Notes under the pieces: model-generated | What the model saw: the letters and a program-made list of their open reading frames with translations, nothing else | Database searches by the model: none | What the model was told of the DNA's origin: nothing | Sequence record: NC_070952.1 | Length of the DNA: 64,000 nt | Reading direction: 5' to 3' (one strand) | Translations under genes and position numbers: made by a program | Part shown: positions 54,907-63,999 of the stretch, piece after piece | How the letters are laid out: each line of letters starts with the position of its first letter | Position numbering within the stretch: position 1 is the first letter of the stretch

Positions 54907-57774
54907 TTACTGACCAGGAGTGGACCAGATATCATCACCGTCATCTGGTTTAGTTTCTTCATTCAATTCAGAATTTTGAGCTTGTGCTTCTTCATCACTC
55001 TCTTCTGTCTGAATGGTTTCTTCTTCACCGTTAGGTTCTGTGATGGTTTCTTCTTCCTGAGGAACTTCAGTTACGTCACCCGTGTCATCAAACTCACCGG
55101 TTGGCATCTCATCAGTAGCGACAGGATTATTATCCTTATCTACCTGTTCCTTTAAGCGGTCTGCTTTCTTCTCATTCTTGTGAATGCCTTTACGCCACTC
55201 AGTCAGGAATGCAAGAACGTTACTGTCCAGATCAACAGCTTTGTTGATGTAGGTCATCATACCGCCTGTCTTACCTTTGTTCAAGATAGCTTCAAATGGC
55301 ATTGGTAAGTTATAACGTTCAAACGCTTCATTAAGAAGAATGGCTTTCATGTTCTCAACGATATCATCACCGCTCAGACCAGCTTCATCTGCACGGCGTT
55401 TCAGCATCTTCGTACCACCGCCAAGCGCTACCCAAGACTCCACCAGTTTCTCAACGGCTTCAATCTTGTCTTCCAGCTTGTTCAGTGAATCGGTAATGGC
55501 AGGCGTTGGCAGAATAACATAGAACGTATTGAGGAAGTCTTTTAAGACCAACTCGATTTGTTCCAGCTCATCTACTTCCGTATCGGCATCCCCAGACTTA
55601 TTGATTTTCTCAGCAGTGTCTTCTTTGGCTTCCAACGCACCGGTCTGGTCTGGTTTCTCATAAAGAGTTTTATTCTCTTTAATAATCGCAACCAAATCCC
55701 CAATCAGTGGTTCATTGACACGCATATGTTTACGCATGATGTCGGTAAAGAACACCGCAAACTGACGAGAATATTCATTGGTCTGGTTACGCAACAGTTC
55801 CTGGTCGGCTAAAGCTTCAATTGCAAAGTCATTACCTTCCCCGGTGTCTTCTAACCAGCTACGCTTAAGACCAAAGAAACCAGCAACGGTATTCAATAAT
55901 GTCTCACGGGCTTCTGGGTCGATAGACTTCAGTGGCTCACGTTCCATCTGTGAAGCAGTGATGTCCGGGTTAACCGTATGCGGGTTAGAGCTGGCATTGA
56001 CTTTAACGGTCAGAGACTGTTCTTTAAAACGGTCTAAGATCGCATCAATCGATACGTTGTTGTAGCCCAGGATGTCATGCAGGGTTGGGTTACCTGAGAA
56101 CCATTCATCACGCAGCAATGACACTGTGTTACGAATGTCCACATCTTCTTCTTCTGGGGTAATTTCCAAAAGAGTATGAGAGATCGAGTTCTCAACCTGT
56201 GCCAAAGCACTGGCCGTATCCAATACTGCTAAACGGGTAATGTGGAGTTTGGCTTCGTCAACCAATGAACGACCTGCACCTAAACGGTTAAAGTCAGTTG
56301 CAACATACGTCACATATTCATAAGGAACAAAGATTGCACGCACACCTTGTGATTTCAAAGCACGGGCCAAGAACAGTTTCTTGTTCTCTTCAGTCAGAGA
56401 GATAGAAACATCTTTCTGCAAATCCCCGTTGATGAAACCTTGAATGAATTCTTTCTCAAGGGTAGCAGATGCAAACTCAGCCATCCAACCCATGTCTTCG
56501 GTACACTCGCCGCCGGCTGCCACAGAACGAATATGGCTGATAACGTCATTGATCGAGTTAACCGCTGGACCCGTACCGACGCCTGCTGAACCATTCTTGT
56601 TAGCCGTCTGATAATACTTCACATCGTTAACTTGTTTCAACGGTGAACCAGTATCAGGGTCAGTCAAGAGAATAACACCAAAAGGCTTACCAATCTCACC
56701 GTTCACGTTTACCGTGACGCAAGACTCAGATGGCCAATGCTGGCCAATGCCAATGCCACGCCCATTACCAGTGTAGAACTTACCTTTACGAACGGTCAAG
56801 GATTCCATCTGGTTATAGTTACGGTTCGGGTAGAGCTCGCTTAACGCTTCATTTAACCCTTTACGGTCTGGAGCATTAACGTGGTTGTTATTGACTTTAT
56901 GGCGTTTACCTTTTTCTTTCTTAAACACATTACTGATGGCAGAGTTAATCCCTTCCATTCCCGCAGCATTTGCAAGACGGTCTTCACGCATGACCTGCGC
57001 TAACTCGCCCACTTTTAATACCACTGGGTTATCAGTAAAGGTCCAGTTTAAATCCGGATGAACCAAAGAGTATTCAGGGTCACGTTGGATAGAACCACCA
57101 TACAAAGATTCCAGACCTTCCATCGCGTGGGTGTCTTTCTTCTTCTGACGGATGTAACCAATGTTACGTGCCTTCTTCCAGTCGTTTTCAACGAAGTGTT
57201 TGTTGAGAATGTTTGCGGTGTTCTCTTTAAACGCCTCTGAACCGACGATCTCCATTCCATTAATTAAATGGTCTAAAACCGCGTGACTCATGTTGACATA
57301 AACATATGACCCAGTGCGGAAAAGAACATCTTTAATAATTTGAGGAGCCATCTCTTCAAAGGGGAATTTTGTTGTAAAGTAGTTCTCCACTTTCTGTAAT
57401 AACAGATCGTGCAGTTTACCGTTCTTTACTTCAGAACTCTCAGTGTCATAAATCAATAACTGACGCTGATCCCCGTTTGGCTTCATGAGCAATGCGGTCC
57501 AAATTTGTTCCGCGCGTTTTATATAATGAGTAATTGTACGCAGGTCAGTTGTGGCCTGGATGTTATTACTGATTATGTCAGAGATGCTCTTTACTTTTGC
57601 GAAGGGCGGTTTACTCTTTTCCTCTATCGCACGTTCACTTTTAGCGTCTGGATCCTTCACTAATAAAGAACGTAGATTATTATCAAGAGGAGAGAGATTT
57701 TTTAACCTTCCTTTTATTTTCGTCTTGTCAACAGGTTGATACCCTTTAGGTAGCTGTTGAGTATTGGTGGTCAT
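54907..57774 (-). CDS. Portal protein (phiKZ gp129-like)
   Basis: 955 aa; synteny; GxE motifs (NGMEI, VGSEAF, EGLES, AGMEG) near the N-terminus; acidic C-tail; AAGGAG SD. Confidence 0.75.
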   Translation of the reverse strand: MTTNTQQLPKGYQPVDKTKIKGRLKNLSPLDNNLRSLLVKDPDAKSERAIEEKSKPPFAKVKSISDIISNNIQATTDLRTITHYIKRAEQIWTALLMKPNGDQRQLLIYDTESSEVKNGKLHDLLLQKVENYFTTKFPFEEMAPQIIKDVLFRTGSYVYVNMSHAVLDHLINGMEIVGSEAFKENTANILNKHFVENDWKKARNIGYIRQKKKDTHAMEGLESLYGGSIQRDPEYSLVHPDLNWTFTDNPVVLKVGELAQVMREDRLANAAGMEGINSAISNVFKKEKGKRHKVNNNHVNAPDRKGLNEALSELYPNRNYNQMESLTVRKGKFYTGNGRGIGIGQHWPSESCVTVNVNGEIGKPFGVILLTDPDTGSPLKQVNDVKYYQTANKNGSAGVGTGPAVNSINDVISHIRSVAAGGECTEDMGWMAEFASATLEKEFIQGFINGDLQKDVSISLTEENKKLFLARALKSQGVRAIFVPYEYVTYVATDFNRLGAGRSLVDEAKLHITRLAVLDTASALAQVENSISHTLLEITPEEEDVDIRNTVSLLRDEWFSGNPTLHDILGYNNVSIDAILDRFKEQSLTVKVNASSNPHTVNPDITASQMEREPLKSIDPEARETLLNTVAGFFGLKRSWLEDTGEGNDFAIEALADQELLRNQTNEYSRQFAVFFTDIMRKHMRVNEPLIGDLVAIIKENKTLYEKPDQTGALEAKEDTAEKINKSGDADTEVDELEQIELVLKDFLNTFYVILPTPAITDSLNKLEDKIEAVEKLVESWVALGGGTKMLKRRADEAGLSGDDIVENMKAILLNEAFERYNLPMPFEAILNKGKTGGMMTYINKAVDLDSNVLAFLTEWRKGIHKNEKKADRLKEQVDKDNNPVATDEMPTGEFDDTGDVTEVPQEEETITEPNGEEETIQTEESDEEAQAQNSELNEETKPDDGDDIWSTPGQ

Positions 57775-57802
57775 TGACAGGATTCTCCTTACAGGAACCT
57801 TT

Positions 57803-59947
57803 ATGCTTAATAATACCGAGTTTAATGCTTACATACTGAATACGATAGCGTTCGCTCGAACGATTACCATAAAGTGTGAAGCACTCGCCATATTAGATAA
57901 TCAGCTTCTTAAACAGTACTACAACATTGATGCGGGTACCGATAAGAACAAGTGGAAGTATTATCTCAATCTTTATGGCGAATACCATCAAGTCATTGAT
58001 GAGATGATGACAGTCCAGTCGTTAGATAACGGTGAAGTGATTAATTTCACGAAAGCTAACCTGGATATTCATACCGCAACAAAACGTGCTTATCGATTGG
58101 GATCCTATTATTACACGCGATTGGTCGCGGCATACCCTGCCCAGTTAATTCTGATCAACGGTATTCTCAACCCCATATCGCCTACAGAATCGATCCCAGC
58201 AAATGATTACCAGATCCTGAGATATAATACTGACTATGTATTATGGAATGAATACCAATTAATTCCCGCTCTCCAGGAACAGATCTATGCTAATGTTAAC
58301 GGATCATTTAAGACCGAGTATGTTTATATTGATAACCTCATGTTGCCGGCATTGCTTGCACAGCTTTATGGGATGATGATCAGTGCGATCTTAATGATTC
58401 GTAAAGAAGCAGACGGCACCCGTTATGCGCATGATTTTTACATCTGGAGTCGCCTGCGTTCTCTTGGGTTATCCGATGTGTATAAAAGGGTAATCAATAA
58501 CAACCAGACGATGTGGTTATACCACAACCTTGAATACGTACTGCGTATCTTGGGACGTCGTAAAGGGTTTGATCTGGTTCTTCAGAAAGTACTGACTGAC
58601 CGCAATATCCCGTTGATCCGTTATGAAGTTATTCAGTCCACTGAAGATATGACGGATACCCTGGAACCTAAGCCTTATGTGTTAAGTCGCCCGATTAACT
58701 TAACCGAGACTTACGGGGTGGATACCAAAGTCTGGACGGTATCTGAAGTCATTGCGAAAGAACTTCCTTTGGCACTGGATAACGAACAAGCCTCGGCATT
58801 GACCACGTCAGATGCAGAAGCAGCGATCAAGTATTCATTACACTCTGATGTTCCAACCAAAGTGCTTGAATCCAATCTGACCGATACCACTGACCGTGAC
58901 CCTGATCGGATTATGCGGGTTCTACATAATGAATGGATTTATTTAACTTCCCAGGGTGTGTACAATATTAATGTAGACGTAGTGGATGCCCGCACCGGTA
59001 AAACAACGCGCATGAGTACGCCTGAAAGCGTGATACTCTGGCATTACCTTATCGACCGTGCACGCGGTATCTCTCGTCCCGGAACAATCCCGGAATACAA
59101 TTATTGGCATGTCCGTAAATTGGTTGATCCAACCTTGGCAGAACTTCAGTCATTGGGGGGTTATGAAATCCTGACTAAAGAAGTGTGTGAAAACATTTTG
59201 AAAGTCCATGTGGATTTCCCTACCTTAATCTCTCCCGATACGTTCTTCCAAAAATGTCAAGAAGTTCAAACTGCGATGTGGAAACACAAGAAGTTATATT
59301 CGCAGGTGAATAACTTGTTCATCTCATCCCGTCGTCAAAATGCCGTTGACGCGTGTTATGCAAATGGCATGGTAAAGGTAGGTAACTACGCGACGTACGA
59401 TGATTTTCTGACTAAGATGGATATCGACTTTATTGACTATACCCCAGACGAGTGTTTAGATTACGCATGGTCTATCTGGAGTAAAGTAACCGGGTGGGAA
59501 GATAACAGTATCGTCAGTGTGGGAGAACAACAACGTCTCCTGATTAACCTGATGAAAGATCTCACCAGTTACACGGTGCAATATATCGGTAGTACCGTCA
59601 CCGCAGAGGGTCAATTCAATTTACCGTACATGATGTTGATGGACGGCGATTACTGGCACAAGAACGGCGAGACTGGGTTAGAGTATACAAGCGCTGAGTT
59701 TCTTCCTAATGCAATGACAGTGAAGCCGCAGGCTGATCTTGAAGCAAAAGAACTAACCTTTGCTATTGGTGGGTCGGTCCCTATTCAGTCTGTTGCTGAA
59801 TCCGTCGGCCATGCCAGACTCAGTAACGCAATGACACTCAAACCGATTGACTATGATCCGGGCGTCAATAACGTTTATTTGTTTAACAGTATGACATTGA
59901 AAGAAGTTGTTGATAATGGCGAAGTGGAGAACACCCTCCCTCACTAA
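57803..59947 (+). CDS. Conserved virion protein, possible baseplate wedge
   Basis: 714 aa from ATG 57803 (AGGA SD); YYLNLYGEYH; RRKGFDLVL resembles the KG-T helix of gp7/gpI-like wedges (inference). Confidence 0.65.
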   Translation: MLNNTEFNAYILNTIAFARTITIKCEALAILDNQLLKQYYNIDAGTDKNKWKYYLNLYGEYHQVIDEMMTVQSLDNGEVINFTKANLDIHTATKRAYRLGSYYYTRLVAAYPAQLILINGILNPISPTESIPANDYQILRYNTDYVLWNEYQLIPALQEQIYANVNGSFKTEYVYIDNLMLPALLAQLYGMMISAILMIRKEADGTRYAHDFYIWSRLRSLGLSDVYKRVINNNQTMWLYHNLEYVLRILGRRKGFDLVLQKVLTDRNIPLIRYEVIQSTEDMTDTLEPKPYVLSRPINLTETYGVDTKVWTVSEVIAKELPLALDNEQASALTTSDAEAAIKYSLHSDVPTKVLESNLTDTTDRDPDRIMRVLHNEWIYLTSQGVYNINVDVVDARTGKTTRMSTPESVILWHYLIDRARGISRPGTIPEYNYWHVRKLVDPTLAELQSLGGYEILTKEVCENILKVHVDFPTLISPDTFFQKCQEVQTAMWKHKKLYSQVNNLFISSRRQNAVDACYANGMVKVGNYATYDDFLTKMDIDFIDYTPDECLDYAWSIWSKVTGWEDNSIVSVGEQQRLLINLMKDLTSYTVQYIGSTVTAEGQFNLPYMMLMDGDYWHKNGETGLEYTSAEFLPNAMTVKPQADLEAKELTFAIGGSVPIQSVAESVGHARLSNAMTLKPIDYDPGVNNVYLFNSMTLKEVVDNGEVENTLPH

Positions 59948-60173
59948 GAAGAATTTGACATTCATTACGAAGCACAGTCTCAAGACGTCTATAGAAGATA
60001 TTCGACCTTCGGATGTTGTGAGACTTGTTCGTTCTTTTATCGGTGTCGAACTCTATTCCACTGACATTGAATCGATTAGACTGGTCCCCGGAGGATACCT
60101 TATTCGTATCCGTCCGGACAGTCCGATTTATTGCGGTAAGTTTAAAATTAAATATCGTAAGTATATTAATTAA
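59916..60173 (+). CDS. Small probable virion protein (start uncertain: ATG 59916 or TTG 59955)
   Basis: RSFIGVELYSTDI...YLIRIRPDSPIYCGKFKI module like 35020. Confidence 0.55.
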   Translation: MAKWRTPSLTKKNLTFITKHSLKTSIEDIRPSDVVRLVRSFIGVELYSTDIESIRLVPGGYLIRIRPDSPIYCGKFKIKYRKYIN

Positions 60174-60179
60174 GGAAAT

Positions 60180-61115
60180 ATGATGGCTGATTCATCTACA
60201 GGCCGCGATAGTCAGAAGCTCCCTAACCAGTTAGTGTCTGCCACTGGTATGGGTCTGATTATTAACGCTGCTTTGTCTTGCAACCAAACTGTTAATATTC
60301 CAAAGAACACCACGCTGAATGAGAAGTTTAGCATTCTGGCTGATGAATCAGTGGGTCGTAAAAACGGCCGTGATTTCCAACTGGGTTACTTTGGTGTAGG
60401 TATCGGTGGTTCCCGTTCTATCGGTCAAGACAGTTATGGTTTAGAAGGCCGTCAAGTCTATCAGCATAAAGCCGTAGACTTTGCGCCGTTCTATGGTATC
60501 CCAATGGTTGCCCGTAAACTGGGTAGTGACCTGGATCCAACTGTTCGTGATAATTACCGTATTCGTGAAGTGCGCAAAATCGGCGACGATATCTACATCC
60601 TTTACTGGTTGAAGAAAGCGGGCTTTACTGAATTTGATCCAACCATGAAAGTGGGTGAGCGTGATCCATCCACCGGTAATGAAACAGAACGTGAATACGT
60701 TCCAAAAGAAGCTGATCTGAGCCCAACGCCATATCAGTTAACGTCAACCAACAACGTTCCAATTACCGACACCTATATTAACGGTACCGGTAAAATCGAT
60801 CTGTCTCTGGACAGTAACGACCTGGAAGAACTGCGTAATGTTTGCCGTATCTTGTTTAACGATGAAGGTAAGGCAGCAATCAACGAAGTTTACATGTGTT
60901 ATGGAATTGAAACGACCAATAGCGGTCAGGTTGATTCTGGCGCGTCTGTAAACTACAAAGAGCTGGTTTCTTGTGTAGTGAGTTATCAGATCACTGAAGC
61001 GTATGCACGCGATGCTAACGCCAACAACAAGATGCCGTGGTTCTTCTGGTACGGTAACTCGATTCCGCTTCTGGTTGGTGCAGATGCTTTAGCAGCTGCT
61101 AATACCGGTAGCTAA
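60180..61115 (+). CDS. Conserved virion/baseplate protein
   Basis: 311 aa, AAGGA SD; LGYFGVGIGG motif; synteny. Confidence 0.7.
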   Translation: MMADSSTGRDSQKLPNQLVSATGMGLIINAALSCNQTVNIPKNTTLNEKFSILADESVGRKNGRDFQLGYFGVGIGGSRSIGQDSYGLEGRQVYQHKAVDFAPFYGIPMVARKLGSDLDPTVRDNYRIREVRKIGDDIYILYWLKKAGFTEFDPTMKVGERDPSTGNETEREYVPKEADLSPTPYQLTSTNNVPITDTYINGTGKIDLSLDSNDLEELRNVCRILFNDEGKAAINEVYMCYGIETTNSGQVDSGASVNYKELVSCVVSYQITEAYARDANANNKMPWFFWYGNSIPLLVGADALAAANTGS

Positions 61116-61132
61116 TAAGGAAGGGACTTATT

Positions 61133-61756
61133 ATGGCCGATGTTGATAAGTCCCAACCTGAATCCCCTTTGGATATTACTCTGAGCAAATGGTCAACCGT
61201 CAAGGCTATTATCAGTACGATAAATGATAAATACGGGTTGACGCTCGATCTGAATAAGTACGAAGATCGTTTAGCATATGTGAACAGTGATGGTGTATTG
61301 GCACTCGATATTGTCGATACCAACTCAGGGGAATTAGCTTGGGCCGTGATAGATTCACAAAGCGGTAAAGTGGGCTCGTCGATCAATGAAGTGATTGATC
61401 ACCCGAAAGCATTTGGTTTCAGTAATGTTATCCAGAACTTTGGGGTAGTAGTAAACAGCGAGAAGGAACTTGAGTTCTTAAAGGACGTGCGCTTAGACGT
61501 GCGTTATGACTCAGGAATGACTGGCGGCGACAAGTCATTTAAATTGATGACATTGTTGAACAATTATACTGTTGGGGACGGGTTTACCTCGAATCCAAGT
61601 CAAGGATGCACAACGGCGTATTTCGTGCTCAGATACTTCGGTAAGGGTAGCGAGGCGCCGGGCGTTTATAACTTCAATCCTGAGGCTAAATGTTTAGTCG
61701 TGGTGGAGTTAATGATGTATGGAGAGTATCAACTCCATGCACTTGTTGTGAGATAA
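61133..61756 (+). CDS. Probable virion protein
   Basis: IISTINDKYGLTL motif typical of phiKZ-like tail-associated modules. Confidence 0.65.
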   Translation: MADVDKSQPESPLDITLSKWSTVKAIISTINDKYGLTLDLNKYEDRLAYVNSDGVLALDIVDTNSGELAWAVIDSQSGKVGSSINEVIDHPKAFGFSNVIQNFGVVVNSEKELEFLKDVRLDVRYDSGMTGGDKSFKLMTLLNNYTVGDGFTSNPSQGCTTAYFVLRYFGKGSEAPGVYNFNPEAKCLVVVELMMYGEYQLHALVVR

Positions 61757-61760
61757 AATT

Positions 61761-62336
61761 ATGAGCGTTAAAATCTTAGGGATAGATCCGGCAACTGGCC
61801 AGCTTGGTGCGGCCGCTTTGGAATTGGATTGTTACGAACGTAAGAAGTTCAAACTGATTTATGCAGACACATTAAACGGTGAGCATAATGAGTTTGGGGT
61901 TCGTGCTGACAATCCATCCCAAACCCGTGCTAAAGGACTGACACGCGCTTACGGTCATGTGTTTGATATGATCGATCCCGTAGTAGTGGGATGCGAGGAT
62001 AACTTCTTAGGGCCTAACCCAGCCAGTTTCAAACGTCTGATCGAAGTGGTGTCTTATTTAAACATCTATACGGTGACTAATAAAGCAGACACCCCTTTTA
62101 AATTAGTGCTTCCCCGTTTAGCTAAACGAATTGTTAAGGCTGATTTTACAGGGGCGACTAAAGATGACGTACGAGAAGGGTTGAAGAAATGTCCTTTCCT
62201 GGATCTGAATGGGTTTGATTTAGATACTCTTACCTGGGATGCAAATGACGGAATCCTCATTGCGTTGTATATTGCAGTGCAATATTACAAAGATTTAGGT
62301 TGGGACGTGTTCGATGGCACCTGCCTTAAAAGTTAG
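61761..62336 (+). CDS. ruvC: RuvC-like Holliday junction resolvase
   Basis: ILGIDPATGQLG (D), VGCEDNF (E), ATKDDVREG, DANDGILIA (D..D). Confidence 0.85.
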   Translation: MSVKILGIDPATGQLGAAALELDCYERKKFKLIYADTLNGEHNEFGVRADNPSQTRAKGLTRAYGHVFDMIDPVVVGCEDNFLGPNPASFKRLIEVVSYLNIYTVTNKADTPFKLVLPRLAKRIVKADFTGATKDDVREGLKKCPFLDLNGFDLDTLTWDANDGILIALYIAVQYYKDLGWDVFDGTCLKS

Positions 62337-62988
62337 AACCAAATACGAAGTTAAACCTTGGGATCGTATACCGGTTGTACTCCGGGCGCTCTCTGGGTTT
62401 AACTCGTGCTTAACAGTGTCCGTAATGAGTGTCGTCTTTATCTGGTCTGTGCATTTAAGTGTAACGACCGGTAAAGCCACATGGCCTGAGTTCATGACCG
62501 GTTTGTTAATGATCATCGGACCTATCATTATTACGATCAACTTTGTTAATGCAAAATCTATTATTTCAACTATCGTGGGTGTGACCGATGAAGTAGAAGG
62601 ACGACCAATAGGTGACAGTACGGTAATACCGACTCAACCCTCTGTTATGGTGGCGTCTGCTACGGGAATTGTTTCACAACACGACATTGCCTTTGAGCGT
62701 GAAATCGTTGGACCAACAACAGTTCTACTAAGGGCCATTGCTGGTACAGTCTCCACGCATGTTATTTGTTTTTGCAGTTTGTTGTTTACCTGGACCATTC
62801 ACGATTCAATGATTGCTGGTAATTCCCTTCCTGGCGATGCCCAGTTGTTTATGGTGGTGATTGGACCGATTATAACATCTTGGAATTTTGTTCGTGCTAA
62901 CGCGACATTAAACGCGGTTATCAAAGGAACCAGTGCAATTAACGTATGGCGAGACCGACTTGCAAACATGTTATCAACACAGAAATAA
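62314..62988 (+). CDS. Membrane protein with two repeated TM hairpins; holin candidate
   Basis: About 4 hydrophobic segments; internal repeat ending IGPII...NFV; adjacent to spanin genes; start uncertain. Confidence 0.6.
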   Translation: MAPALKVRTKYEVKPWDRIPVVLRALSGFNSCLTVSVMSVVFIWSVHLSVTTGKATWPEFMTGLLMIIGPIIITINFVNAKSIISTIVGVTDEVEGRPIGDSTVIPTQPSVMVASATGIVSQHDIAFEREIVGPTTVLLRAIAGTVSTHVICFCSLLFTWTIHDSMIAGNSLPGDAQLFMVVIGPIITSWNFVRANATLNAVIKGTSAINVWRDRLANMLSTQK

Positions 62989-62989
62989 A

Positions 62990-63031
62990 CATACTACTCT
63001 ACCTCCCACAACGGGAGGTAGAGTATATATG
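62990..63031. terminator. YTAC-family hairpin with CATA/TATG flanks, convergent junction
   Basis: CATAc-TACTCTACCTCCC-acaac-GGGAGGTAGAGTA-taTATG, then a T-run. Confidence 0.75.
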
Positions 63032-63036
63032 CTGTT

Positions 63037-63522
63037 TTATTTTTTATTAAGTAAAGCTTTAGCGTCGTCCGTAACCTTATTAACCACTTTGTCTTTAAGA
63101 CTAATCTCGGTAGCCTTGTCATCATTTAAATTATCAATGATCGCAGTGACATTCCCGGAAAGTTTATCTACAACCTGATTGAGTAGATTGATCTTTTCAT
63201 TAGCGGCATCAAGTTCTTTAGTTGTGGTGATCAGTACTAAACGAGTTTCCCGATAACACCCACCAAAGTCGGCTTGGGTCTGACAGTCATTATTAGTAAG
63301 ATAGTAATCTAACTTAGCGGCATTAGACTCTCTGGGTTTCCAGTCTTTCGTATACACGTTAGACGGTATATCAATGAGACTGTCCTTTAGATTCGCTAAC
63401 TGGCTTTTGTACAGATCCATTCTTGCTATTTGCGTCTTTGCTTCCACGTACGTTCCCGCTTCCGAGATTGTTGTTTTGTGGCTGCACCCCATTACCGTAA
63501 AGATCATCAAGAGTAAGCTCAT
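63037..63522 (-). CDS. Putative o-spanin (outer membrane lipoprotein)
   Basis: Signal MSLLLMIFTVMG|C with lipobox; two further Cys; coiled coil; 5' end overlaps the i-spanin gene. Confidence 0.65.
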   Translation of the reverse strand: MSLLLMIFTVMGCSHKTTISEAGTYVEAKTQIARMDLYKSQLANLKDSLIDIPSNVYTKDWKPRESNAAKLDYYLTNNDCQTQADFGGCYRETRLVLITTTKELDAANEKINLLNQVVDKLSGNVTAIIDNLNDDKATEISLKDKVVNKVTDDAKALLNKK

Positions 63523-63817
63523 TGTTTTGAGCATTCCCATAACCATACTTTTCATACATTGTCCCATAATTTTGATTACGATCTAGTTCACCTCGGGACG
63601 CCTTGGATTGTAGATCATTAAACCAGTTACGCTGTGCGTCAGCGAGTTTAGTCATGTTATCTGAAGCTACCCCTAACTTATCTACTACAGTTGCGAGGCG
63701 CTCAACAGTGGCTTTATCCAGGTTACTGTCCGGTTTAAAGATGAGGTAACCGCCGATCATAAATGCAATGATCCATAAGGCGATTGTACTCAGTGCTTTC
63801 AGTTTTTCATCCATCAT
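63371..63817 (-). CDS. Putative i-spanin (inner membrane)
   Basis: N-terminal TM ALSTIALWIIAFMIGGYLIF followed by a helical periplasmic region. Confidence 0.65.
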   Translation of the reverse strand: MMDEKLKALSTIALWIIAFMIGGYLIFKPDSNLDKATVERLATVVDKLGVASDNMTKLADAQRNWFNDLQSKASRGELDRNQNYGTMYEKYGYGNAQNNELTLDDLYGNGVQPQNNNLGSGNVRGSKDANSKNGSVQKPVSESKGQSH

Positions 63818-63999
63818 GAAGCCTTTAATGAAATACCGTGAATCTTAAACATCCACCCTCTCGATAACGTTCCGGGGTCACCTTGGTTAACGGCATCATT
63901 TAGTAAGACGTTACCACCCAGTGCACCGGCAGTCATGAACGGGTATTTGTTATAGACTCGTAGGTCGTGGTTTAACAAACGTTGTTTGATTCCGTAGCT
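63814..63999 (-). CDS. 3' end of a gene truncated by the window edge
   Basis: Open frame SYGIKQRLLNHDLRVYNKYPF...GISLKAS* whose TGA overlaps the ATG of the i-spanin gene (ATGA coupling). Confidence 0.65.
   Translation of the reverse strand, partial: SYGIKQRLLNHDLRVYNKYPFMTAGALGGNVLLNDAVNQGDPGTLSRGWMFKIHGISLKAS

Noticed and set aside
59907-59960. Frameshift fusion of 57803-59947 with the overlapping small ORF
   Set aside because: The relation is +1, with no slippery or hungry-codon signal seen; a TTG or ATG start explains it
283-63031. Hairpin family as a CRISPR array or integron attC sites
   Set aside because: Copies are kilobases apart with divergent sequence and no spacers; ends do not fit RYYYAAC/GTTRRRY; no cas or integrase gene in the window
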